Under the pieces are notes generated by a model that ran no database searches, was not told the DNA's origin, and was given only the letters and a program-made list of their open reading frames with translations. From positions 45,570,001-45,634,000 of the forward strand of contig CM059439.1 in assembly GCA_030390025.1 (NCBI GenBank): a DNA stretch of 64,000 nt. Reading direction: 5' to 3'. The position numbers and the translations under genes are program-made. The number at the start of each line of letters is the position of its first letter. The first letter of the stretch is position 1. This document shows, one piece after another, positions 27,205 through 39,160 of the stretch. This DNA is from Squalus acanthias. Its lineage: Eukaryota.

Positions 27205-30200
27205 AGGGCGACTTTAGCCCTACCCACCCAGGAGACTTATCCGCTGACATCCTGCTCCGTTCCCATTGTCTTCTATTTTAACCTCATCTCTGAGCAGGTG
27301 GCAAAGAAGCCAGTGCGTTCCTTCAATAGATATGCAGGTCGGAGGTCTGATGACATCATCGGGCCCCGATAGCTATTTTAATCAGTGGCCTGGGTGAGGA
27401 ACGGCAGCATAGTGGTTATGTTACTGGACTAGTAATCCAGAGGCCTGGACTAATAATCCGGAGACGTCAGTTCAAATCCCACCACGGCAGCTGGGGAAGT
27501 TAAATTTAGTTAATTAAATGAATCTGGAATTAAAAAGCTAGTATCAGTAATGGTGACCATGAAACTATCAGATTCTGGTTCGCTAATGTCCTTTAGGGAA
27601 GGAAATCTGCCGTCCTTACCTGGTCTGGCCTATATGTGACTCCAGAGTCACAGCAAAGTGGTTGACTCTTAACTGCCCTCTGAAATGGCCTAGCAAGCCA
27701 TTCAGTTGTACACAACCACTACGAAAAACAATATAAGAATAAAACCGGACGGACCACCCGGCATCGACCTCGGCACCGGCTTCGGATAAGACAACAGCAC
27801 ACCCAGCCCAGTCGACCCTGCAAAGTCCTCCTCACTAACATCTGGGGATGTGTGCCAAAATTGGAAGAGTTGTCCCACAGACTAGCCTGACATAGTCATA
27901 CTCACAGAATCATACCTTTCAGCCAATGTCCCAAATTCCTCCATCACTATCCCTGGGTATGTCCTGTCCCACCGGCAGGACAGACCCACCAGAGGTAGCA
28001 GCACAGTGGTATACAGTCGGGAGGGAGTGGCCCGGGGAGTCCTCAACGTTGATTCCGGACCCCATGAAGTCTCATGGCTTCAGGTCTGCACAGTCCTAGT
28101 GGAGACGAAATCACGTCTTCAGACTGAGGACACCCTCCATTGTGTTGTGTGGCACTACCACCGTGCTAAATGGGGTAGATTCAGAACAGATCTAGCAGCT
28201 CAAAACTGGGCATCCATGAGGCGCTGTGGGCCATCAGCAACAGCAGAATTGTATTCCACCACAATCTGTAACCTCATGGCCCGGCATATCCCTCACTCTA
28301 CTATTACCATCAAGCCAGGGGACCAACCCTGGTTCAATGAGGATTGCAGAAGTGCATGCCAGGAGCAGCACCAGACGTACCTACAAATGAGGTGCCAACC
28401 TGGGGACTCTGCAACACAGGACTACATACATGCTAATCAGCGGAAGCACCATGCTATAGACGCTAAGCGATCCCACAATCAACAGATCAGATCAAAGCTC
28501 TACAGTCCTGCCACATCCAGTCATGAATGGTGGTGGACAATTAAACAACTAACGGAGGCTCCATGAATATCCCCATCCTCAATGATGATGGAGCCCAGCA
28601 CGTGAGTGCAAAAGACAAGGCTGAAGCATTTGCAACCATCTTCAGCCAGAAGTGCCATGTGGATGATCCATATCGGCCTCCTCCTGAGGTCCCCACCATC
28701 ACAGAAGCCAGTCTTCAGCCAATTCGATTCACTCCACGTGATATCAAGAAACGGCTGAGCGCACTGGATACAGCAAAGGCTATGGGCCCTGACAACATCC
28801 CGGCTGTCGTGCTGAAGACTTGTGCTCCAGAACTAGCCGCGCCTCTAGCCAAGCTGTTCCAGTACAGCTACAACACTGGCATCTATCCGACAATGTGGAA
28901 AACTGCCCAGGTATGTCCTGTCCACAAAAAGCAGGACAAATCCAATCCGGCCAATTACCGCCCCATCAGCCTACTCTCAATCATCAGCAAAGTGATGGAA
29001 GGTGTCATCGACGGTACTATCAAGCGGCACTTACTCACCAATAACCTGCTCACCGATGCCCAGTTTGGGTTCCGCCAGGACCACTCGGCTCCCGACCTCA
29101 TTACAGCCTTGGTCCAAACATGGACAAAGGAGCTGAATTCCAGAAGTGCGGTGAGAGTAACTGCCCTTGACATCAAGGCAGCATTTGACCAAGTGTGGCA
29201 TCAAGGAGCCCGAGTAAAATTGAAGTCAATGGGAATCAGGGGGGAAAACTCTACACTGGCTGGAGTCATACCTAGCACAAAGGAAGATGGTTGTATTTGT
29301 TGGAGATCAATCATCTCAGCCTCAGGACATCGCTGCAGGAGTTCCCCAGGGCAGTGTCCTAGGCCCAACCATCTTCAGCTGCTTCATCAATGACCTTCCC
29401 TCCATCATAAGGTCAGAAGTGGGGATGTTCGCTGACGATTGCAGTATTCAGTTCCGTTTGCAACTCCTTAGATAATGAAGCAGTCCATGCCCGCATGCAA
29501 CAAGACCTGGAAGACATTCAGGCTTGGGCTGGTAAGTGGCAAGTAACATTCTCGTCACAAAAGTGCCAGGCAATGACTATCTCCAACAAGCGAGAGTCTA
29601 ACCACCGCCCCTTGACATTCAATGGCATTACCACCGCCGAATCCCCCACCATCAACAGCCTGGGGGTCATCATTGACCAGAAACTTAACTGAACCAGCCA
29701 CATAAATACTGTGGCTACAAGAGCAGGTCAGAGGCTGGGTATTCTGTGGCGAGTGTCTCACCTCCTGACTCCCCAAAGCCTTTCCACCATCTACAAGGGA
29801 CAAGTATGGAGTGTTATGGAATACTCTCCACTTGCCTGTATGAGTGCAGCTCCAACAACACTCAAGAAGCTCAACACCATCCTGGACAAAGCAGCCCGCT
29901 TGATTGGCACCCCATCCATCACCTTAAACATTCACTCCCTCCACCACCGGCGTACCGTGGCTGCAGTGTGGACCATCTACAAGATGCACTGCAGCAACTC
30001 GCCAAGGCTTCTTCGACAGCACCTCCCAAACCCGCAACCTCAACCACCTAGAAGGACAGGGGCAGCAGGCGCATGGGAGAACCATCACCTTCAGGTTCCC
30101 CTCCAAGTTAAACCCCATCCTGACTTGGAAATATATTGCCGTTCCTTCATCGTCGCTGGGTCAAAATCCTGTAACTCAACCCCTAACAGCACTGTGGGAG

Positions 30201-30383
30201 TACCTTCACCACACGGACTGCAGCGGTTCAAGGTGGCGGCTCACCACCACCTTCTCAAGGGCAATTAGGGATGGGCAATAAATGCTGGCCTGGTCAGTGA
30301 TGCCCACATCCCAGCAACGATTAAAAAAAAGGCAGGAAACTGACAGAGAGCATGCAGTTGAGATGTGGGAGTTAAAATCACCT
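27205..30383. mobile_element. GC-rich MITE (27205-27389 + 30331-30383) split by the LINE insertion
   Basis: Left GGGCGACTTTAGCCC matches the reverse complement of the right end GAGTTAAAATCACC. Confidence 0.45.
27390..30330 (+). mobile_element. ORF1-less CR1/L2-group LINE with a tRNA-derived 5' head; decayed copy (frameshifts, deletion in APE)
   Basis: A box 27405-27415, B box 27470-27478. APE starts VLLTNIWG..PDIVILTESYL from about 27825. RT motifs: KAMGPDNI, NYRPISLLSIISKVME, QFGFR, LDIKAAFD, GVPQGSVLGP, FADD. Poly-A end at 30330. Confidence 0.95.
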
Positions 30384-30891
30384 GGGCGTAATGCTGCCGA
30401 GGCCAGGGGGTTTGGCACTCGGCCTCCACCCCCGATTCCAGCTCCAGGTTAAAATAGGGGCTTTGGAGTTCCAATGGCACCCCAGCTGAAATTAAACAAA
30501 ATTCACCCGAACACCCACCAGAAGACTAAGTCAGTCATTAAGATTCTGATCTGGCATCAACCAGATGGTTAATAAGAGCTCTATCTTCCTTACCATTTGG
30601 ATTGTTCTAATTTTGGGGATTCTCATCAATGGCCTTGACACGTCAGGTCTGAGTCACAATCTATACAATTCCACACAGGTAAATGGTCTCTCAAAGTCTC
30701 CCATGATTATTTACTGTATTTTATTCCCAAGAGACTTTTTACCCCGTTTGAAAGTTATTTTCTTTAATCTGTATGTTGTCCTGTGCCACATTACACCTTC
30801 ACGACTAACAGCATGTAACATGTGACCTGTCCGGGTGTTGCTGTCCATCCAGGTGCCTGCAGGTGTGGAACAGCGGCACATGCTGACTCAC

Positions 30892-30977
30892 CTGTCAATC
30901 CTTCCTCTTTTTGAAGAAGCGTCTTCACACAATTGGCAATTCCTCAGATGGCCCGGTCTGGTGGGCTTGGGAAATCA
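30892..30977 (-). other. Candidate non-coding exon (86 nt)
   Basis: (c)n-aatttctctag|TGATTTCCC...GATTGACAG|gtgagt. Consensus donor; stop codons in all three frames. Confidence 0.45.
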
Positions 30978-32964
30978 CTAGAGAAATTGGGGGGGGGGGG
31001 GGGGGGGTGGGCGTGATGTGCCTACCATAATGTGATTCATTTTAATAAACCAAATCCAGTACACCATACTGAGTAGTTTCTGGACCTAACAGAACTATTC
31101 CACGCAACTTTAACAAAATTGCTACAATGCTTGACCTTTGACCCAGATTCCGGCACTGATGACTGTTGTATAACACCATACAAAACACAGCATTTACATC
31201 TTTGAGCACTTATATATACGATGAACAAAGTTTGTAGCAACTAATTCTTGACTTTTGTGAATGGCGGTTAACGGGGTCTTAATAACAAATCTTTTATTAA
31301 TTAGATGAATATATGTTAACCGTGGCTTAATTTTATTTGGAAAGACAAAAAGGGATCAATTTGAAGTTAATTACTGAAGTTTCTGGAGCATTTTGAAGAA
31401 AGATGCAACGGATTTAAATTCCTGGGCAAGTCTATGTTGTATAGAGTGTCACATATTATGCAAATTAAATGTTAATTTGGGGAACTCTGAATTAAATATG
31501 CTTGTGTAAACTGGTCTATTGGTAGTGAGCTGTGGGAATCTGGACAACTGTGTTTTTAAAAAAGGCAGCTGTACTAACTCCCACTGAAAGCATGGCAGAG
31601 ATCGCTTTCATGTCTTTACAATTTGTGTTTATGAGGTGATAACATTTTTACAAATGCCATCATTTTTGCTTTTTTATATTGCAAGTGACAGACCGACATT
31701 TTACAACAGGCTTACAGAAAACAAGAATTGAGCGCTCTGTCTGTAACGGACATTAACTGTTGAATAGAGATTCATATGCAAATGAGGCAAGGGGCTGAAG
31801 AAACTTTCACTCAATGCTGCATATCAGGTCTGACCAGCGATGACTGCAAAACCAAAGGAGGACAAGGAATAAAAAAAAACTGATATTGGGGTTAAGCCAG
31901 ATTTAAGTAACTGGAAGCTTGCTGGATTCTCAATTAACCTGTTCTTTCCATCAAGGCTTTCTTCAAAAATTGTGTTATTTTCAACCAGTCTGCGGCAACC
32001 ACTGAGCCAATTGTTAAAAATCTGTCAACTTGCAATGTCTTTCACCAAGATTGGAAACGAGCTATTTTCAATATTTGACATCCCAACCATTTTAATTACT
32101 TCATCAACTTCGGTCTTTTCTGAGACCAACAGGGGACTTAAAAGAGGTGACTTTGCTAAATGCCTGTGCACGGTAGTGCATCTCTGCCACTCCATAATGG
32201 AAATGGTCACAAGCCATCCAACTTCAGCCAGAAAATAAACCAATTGCCTTATCACATTATAGTGCACTGGGGAGAGGGACTACCCAACATATGTATGGAT
32301 ACACAAACAGTAGGGTCTCTGCCCATACAGTTTTGCATTGTAACGGCCATTTATTGAGTGGGCTGTCCATAAATTTCTAAAATAGAAAGTGGTCATCAAA
32401 TCCTAAAAATCACATCCCATGGGTGTGGGAGGGCAAAATTCTGCTAGAGTTGTGGCAGGGGAGAGGACTTAAATTGGGGTGGGGGGGGGGGGGGGAAATC
32501 CAGATATGTCACGTTTCTACCCCATTTAAACTGCACAAAAAATCCCAATCCGGAATGGTGGCAGGGCATATACTTTTACTGCTCATCCCCCTACATCCCA
32601 ACAGCAGTTTGGGGGAGTGTTGGGGTTCTTTCAGGAATCCTGCTAGATAGGGATGCAGTGGAACCTACATCAGCAGACATAGGTTCTATTTTGGACCTAC
32701 TGAAGCTCCCCGGTGACAAATCCAAATGTAATTGATCACCGAGGATTCAATTATCATAATGGCCCTTCCTTCAATATTAAATAAATTAAAAATGTTGTCC
32801 CACCTCAATCTTCAGACCCAACCCGCTTCTGACTCCCCCTCTCACTACGGCAGGGTGCCACTCTAAGGTCACACTGCTCCCATCAGGCACCCCTGTTGTG
32901 TGGTACAGGTGTGGGCACCTTCCACTATTATTTAAATGACCCCCTTCCTATTATTTAAATGAAC

Positions 32965-33336
32965 TGCTTTGAAGGTAATCACTATTGTTACATAGACACA
33001 CGTGGCAGCCAATTTGTGCAAGCAAGATCCCACAAATAGCAGTTAAGCTGTTTTTTGGTGCCATTTGTTAAGGGTTGAATGTTGGCCAGGACATGGGGAG
33101 AACTGCCCTGCTCTTCTTCAAATAGTGCCATGGGAACTTTTATGCTCATCTGAGTAGGTATACAAGGCATGTTTTAAAATCTCATCCAAGAAATAGTACT
33201 TCTGCCAATGCATTATTTCCTCAGTACTACACAGAAGTGTGGCCTAGATTATGTGCTCATATCCTAGAGTGGTGCTTGAACCCATGTCTTTCTGACTCAA
33301 GAGATAAAAGTGCTACCACCGAGCCAAGCTGGCACT
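32965..33336 (-). mobile_element. Deu-domain tRNA SINE, diverged
   Basis: Reverse complement matches 521-900, with head AGTGCCAGCTTGGCTCGGTGGTAGCAC..GAGTCAGAAAG..GGGTTCAAGCACCACTC. Confidence 0.85.
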
Positions 33337-33539
33337 TATAACCTAAAAGTACATTTCCCCCATTTATTTCTTTATATCTTGATGTGGAAGTATTAGTTAT
33401 TAAAGTTAATAATGTTTTCAATGAATTTTTATCAACAGGAAACCAAGCCTCAGAATGCAGACCACAATCCTATCCTCTTCCTAATCTTATCCTGCCCCTA
33501 TCTACTTTTGGACTTAACAAAATGTGTTAAATGGTATGC

Positions 33540-33895
33540 ATAGCATTGACCAGGGAGTTTTACCTAGGTTTCTATTTGAAGTAAGCTGGGGCAGTCTCAA
33601 CTAAGTCCCAAGTAGATTTCAGCCTCCAGCACAAAATTGGCCATAATTTACAAAAACCATCACTCAATTAACAATTTCAATCAGAAAGTCTGAAACAATG
33701 ATGCAAAAATTCAAATTGGCACAATGGAGGGGTGCTTTATTAAAGCTGAGGTTAAGGCATATTGTCAGGGTAGAGTAGAGGGCGCTTTATTTGACAGATT
33801 ATATCTAACCTGAGAGTGCTTAATGCTGCCTTCTGGGTGTTAGAAATGAAAATTCCATTCCCTAGCACTAGCATTCCTCATTTCTATAATGGACA
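33540..33895 (+). mobile_element. LF-SINE-like ancient SINE fragment
   Basis: Shares GTTAAGGCATATTG and CTAT.TGAA.TAA.CTGGG with 15200-15400. Confidence 0.4.
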
Positions 33896-34609
33896 CAAAT
33901 CAAAAAGTTAAATAACGGAGAAGCCTATAAAACTGCACCTTGTATTCAATACTGAAAGGATTAAAATATACACAAGCAGACCACAATTTGGCCTGGATTC
34001 CTTCACTATCCTCATGCCCTCTTTCCTCTAATGCAGCACTTGTTCATTTTAACAGACTGCTACTCCGCAAGACAGGGACAAAACAAGTTATATTATACAG
34101 AGAGAAGGAAACATCAATAGTCAAAAATCCCATAGAGCTGATTTTTTAAAAATTCTATCAGTTGTTGGCATCACTATCTATGAATGACAAGGCAAAGCTA
34201 GGTATCCATAATCCCTAAGCTATAGTTAGTCAGTGATCCTTTGAGCTGTCATCAATCAGTCACTATCACCCATCTTTGGGGAGCACCATATTGTTTTCTG
34301 CAGTATCGACAGATTTATTATTCCTGTCCCATCCTTTCAGCTGAAACTGATTGCATTTCTGCATGGAACCATGCAGTCTCATTTTACATTCTTAGTCCAA
34401 TTTGTACCCACTGTCCCAGTGCACCTCCTGCAGTGTAACACAGTGCACTTACTATACAATGGGACAAGTCAACCTGACCATGCAAGTGACCAAAGTACCC
34501 CCAAAAAGAAAGCTTTTTAAAGTCATTTTCTTTGCAAGCCCAAAAGTCTGGTAAGAATAACAGAAGACTGTGGAAATAGCATTAACTAAAGAGGTAAAAA
34601 TAGGGAACA

Positions 34610-34750
34610 AAAACAGAAAATGCTGCAAACACTCAGCAGGTCAGGCAGCATCTGTGGAGAAGGAAGTAGGGCTAACGTTTCAGGTCTATGGCCCTTTGTC
34701 TGACCTGCTGAGTGTTCCAGATTAAAGTATCTGCAGTATTTTCCTTTTAG
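34610..34750. mobile_element. Penelope-type short inverted repeat with a degenerate hammerhead-like core
   Basis: AACACTCAGCAGGTCAG pairs with CTGACCTGCTGAGTGTT. The minus strand reads GACAAAGGGCCATAGACCTGAAACGTT. Confidence 0.6.
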
Positions 34751-36073
34751 GTTAAGATATGGATCATAGTATGTTAGTCAATGACAATAAAATTATTGTA
34801 CACTTGGAAGAGCTGCACTTATTGAATGAACGGCTGAAGTAAAGTCTTCACTTTCACAGAGCTGTCTTACAGCAAAACGGTTACATAGCACAAGGGCAGA
34901 GGGCGGTTTATTCACTACTTAGCCACCAAGTTACAGGAATTGATCCAAATATAATCAACTCTTTTCGGAAAACTAGTTGATACAATTTAATTCACAAAAA
35001 TAAACTAGCTGCTTGTTTTTTATATGCTGCTGGCAAATTGAGGATACTTGCTAGTAAATTAAAGCAACAGGTTTTGGCTTGTGTACACATTAATTGCTAA
35101 ACCTTTCCAGCTTCACAAAAGCAACAGGTGTCAGGACACTTTAGAACAGGTCAAACTTTCAAGATTTGTCACCCAAATATTACCTGGTAAAACATGGAGT
35201 ATGTGAAATGAGCTTCAGTATGTTTTTCCTAATTAATAACTATTTAAATCTACTTGACAAGAAAATTATGGCCACCATGTAAATTGGGACAGAGTAAAAT
35301 CCTCTGCCTGTTTCATTCGAAAGACTGGAACTTAGGTTGATATTTTTAATTGGCTTTTGCAACTAGAAAGTTTTAGACTCCATTCTTTTTAATGAATTCT
35401 GCCTAAATGTTGTTGTCTATTAATGTTTCTCAGTTCTTCCTAATACACTGTCTCAATCAAACTGATTATTTAAAGGTCAATAACGTTAAACTCCAGACAT
35501 CAGTGTCATGACCCTATCTCCAGGCCGTTTAATATGGATTGTATGGTAAGCCTCATTTGTTCCTTTTTCCTTCGGATGAAGTTCAACCCTTACAGTACTT
35601 GGTGCCAACCACTAAATAATAATTATGAAGGAAAGCCTGAAAATTACTATATGTAATGTTATCATTCAAATGCTTAACTTACCCGCACCAAATCGTCCCT
35701 TTGCTATTTTAATGGAGGTGTTTACCCATTTGTTTTAGATGAATTAATGTCTGTTAAAATAGAGAAAAAAAGTGGCTACCAACACATTAACCATTTGTAC
35801 AATAACGCCACTCAGTAATTTCCAGACCAGTGTTATACTACTGTATTTAATGCTGCCTTTATACTGCAACTACTAGTTTGACTCTGGTGTCTGTTTTTTT
35901 GCAGTATGAGCTGGCACCAATGAGTAATACTGGCAGCTCTGCATTCTTCTGTACTTAAAGTGCTTCTCTGCCTCACTGCACTGGAAATCCAGAAGAAACT
36001 TTAACACTGGTGAAGAAGCGACAGTCCTGCCAGTCTTTAACTAGCATTCTTGTGTTGACAGTTTAGAAATTCC

Positions 36074-36730
36074 AGGGCTCTGATTTTCATTTTGGGTGCA
36101 CATTGGGCGGGTGGAAGGAGCAATTGCACCGCCCTGCTCGATGGCACCAGCGAGAGAGGCCTGAACCATTTTCATGGTCAGGCCTCATTAGAATCCTTGC
36201 AGCAAGCTGCCAGCACTGAACGAGCGCCATCAGGCAGCTTGCTGATCGGGGGCGAGGGAAATCTGGTAGCTCACCAATGAACCGAACAGGAAGTAGGCCC
36301 TTAAGTGGGGGAGGAGGGCCAATCGTGGAGGGAAAACAGGGGGGTGGAGGGGGGGGGAGGCACAGAGGAGTCGGCAGGAAAATTCTTGTGGGGCCAGGAG
36401 GAATATTCATGTTCCTCTTGGCCCCCCCAAAAAATGAGTGACACAGCTTTTTTGGAGGCTTTTCAGAGCAGTCCCTTTAAGGACCGCTGACTCGGCTGCT
36501 CAACCATCAGTTCCACTGGAACACCAAAGTTGCATTGCAGTCCCACAGACGGTGTAGGACCCCTATTTGTATATGTAAGTAGGCTCCTGCCTGTTTCAGG
36601 AAGGGGCGTTGTTCACCTGTTTCCTGGCCCACTCCAAAATCGCAGCAAACCAGATGTCGGCGGGAATGGGGTGGTAATTAGAACACAGTGATATTCGGCT
36701 TGCAGGAAAATGGGGATTAAAATCACCCTT
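36074..36730. mobile_element. GC-rich Harbinger-like non-autonomous element
   Basis: Sharp GC-rich block with ends GGGCTCTGATTTT and AAAATCACCCT. Confidence 0.55.
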
Positions 36731-37676
36731 CCCTCTCATACATGTACCGGAGTAGAACCGCTGTGTGATAGGGGAGGCCAAGTGCCTGCAGAGATGGTTT
36801 TTACAAAAACAGTCTCTCTTTGTTAAGTGCTTCTTCCATTTAATATGTTTACACTGGAAAATCTTTACACATAAAAACATTTCCGCATTTTGACTCAAAA
36901 GGCAGTGATAAGTCTCAGGACAGTAATGTGAATGAGCTACATATGTGGAAGAGCTCGAACACCATCACAATGAGAAACCCGAGACCATCAAACTGACTTA
37001 ACAAGGCAAACAAGTGAGCTCGAAGGTCTTAAAAAAATTCTTCAGGTGTTCACTAACTGTCCTGCTTCCTGGTTCCAGTTATGCCTCCACATATCCCTGC
37101 TAAGTTGCTTTTAATTATGCATGCCCCGACTTAAATGTCAGTAATGAGAGTGACTGCAGTTAAGTGAATAACTTGTTTACTGCAAATGTTTGTTTACTAC
37201 TGAGGGGTTTAAACGAACATGGAAACATCAATACTCTTGCGATCTACTATTAACTGCAATGTAAAGCTGTTTCAGATTTTAAAATCCACTTTACCCTTCA
37301 ATTTGAGGTTGCTGTGTTAGAGTGTAGAATCAAGGAACTATTTACCCCATCAGTCATATTGTGTGGGTGCTTGAGGAGGTAATTATGCAGTTTGGACTAT
37401 AAATATAGGAAAATTGACAATCTGGGGAAACAAAAATTATGTAATGCATTATTGGTGTACTACTTACTGAAAATAACAACTCAACAGGACCAAACACATC
37501 TTAGCACTGCCTGGTGTTTCCTGCTCTCACAGAGGAGGGGGAGAAGTCTTCTATTAAAGCATATATCCACATCCATCATCTGTGTTACAAACTTTTTTTC
37601 AGCTAAGAATATAGACAATTCACATCCACACCCAAGCCTCTAGAATGCTGCTTTATAACCAACTACTAGAGACTAT

Positions 37677-37862
37677 GGGGTAGATCTTGACTTTGTGCAA
37701 TTGTTTCAAATGGGTGATAGCGAATTGGCAGCCCATGTTCCATCTCTCCTGATTTTTATTTCCACTGACTTCAATGGAAATAAAAATTGGGAGAGATGGA
37801 AAATGGGCTGCCGACTTGTTATCACCCATTTTATACTATCGCACAAAGTCAAGATCTATCCG
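37677..37862. mobile_element. Near-perfect ~185-bp hairpin MITE
   Basis: GGGGTAGATCTTGACTTTGTGC pairs with GCACAAAGTCAAGATCTATCC, and pairing continues to the central TTTTTATTTCCA/TGGAAATAAAAA. Confidence 0.9.
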
Positions 37863-39160
37863 TGTGTGTGAGCCATGCTGCTTTTCCCCTTCTCCTTGCT
37901 GCATCCTCTGATAACTCTGGCTGAGATCAAGAACTCACAGCTTGAGGAGGTCACTAGCATTTATCTGCATCTCACCAATCTATGGTACAGCAAGTTACCA
38001 TTTCACCCACTGAGCAGTCGAAACTCCGACACAATTCAAATACTAACATCTCTTGTATAGCACTAACTGAACGGAATCAAGTGATTTGTTGTTTGGAGAA
38101 TTAAAGGAAAATAATCATTTTGATGGAGTTTTCAGTCTAATTTTATTCCATACTCCTGTTTATTTGTACATTTCAGAACAGCTAGCCCGAGAATTGACAA
38201 GGAAGCATTCCTTTGGCAGGTAAAAGGAAATCTGTTCACACGCAGCAACATTAAAAATCATTCTTTGCAAGTTTTTTTTTTCAAAACCTGTTATTAAAAA
38301 GATATTTTGTTAGTGTTCACACAGAATAGAGAATTAAAATTGGACACTAGAGGAAAATAATTTTTTGTTGTAACTCGTCCCACTGAGACTCTGCTCCAGC
38401 ACAGACAAAGGAAAAGGATACATTATCATTTCCAATGTCATGTGTAAGGGAGCTCTAAAGACAGATCAGTGGCACAGCAGAGCTTAATCTGTGGAATGTC
38501 CAGTTTGTGGATTTATGCTGGCAACTATTTGAATTTATCAAATATGATTAGCAGTCCAAATAGCAAAAGTAGTTTAAAGCAGCGATGATATTGTGTCACA
38601 ATTTTGTAAATTTCGATATAAGGTACAAAGAATTTCAAACTCATTCTCCTCATCTTAGTCATAACATTGGGGAGATGCTGAGCAGAGGCATATACTTCCC
38701 CAAGGAAAGTGGGACAAGGGGGCGGGGGGGGAAAGCCAACACAGAAACGACATTTAGAACAAATTTTCCTAGTTACGTGCATGGTAAAGAAATCCAGGTT
38801 TTCTCAGGTAAAGTTAGTTACCTTACTTCATGCATTTTTCTACTCACCTGAGAAACGTGTGCAAGGTATGGTGCAATTTGCAGAAGATCAGGGAATCCAG
38901 CATGAATGCATAAATTGTGTGTTTCTCAAACGGGACTCCACAGTGAAGACTTAAACCTCTTCATAATGGCGGATGTAGAAAGAACAAATTCTTAATCAAG
39001 GCCTGCTTCTTTACCTCCTATTTGTGCACTGGAAACATTTATGATTTGGCGGTGATGCGGCACTGCAGCTTTAAAAAGAATGTACGGTCATTCGACTGAA
39101 CAATGTTCTGACAGTATCCACCATGGCACTAGGCTGCAAGACATTCTTCTCAACGATCAT

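Noticed and set aside
27400-27490. Possible tRNA genes here and at 530-600 and 54120-54195
   Set aside because: They lack a complete cloverleaf or acceptor stem and continue into SINE/LINE bodies, so they are tRNA-derived heads.
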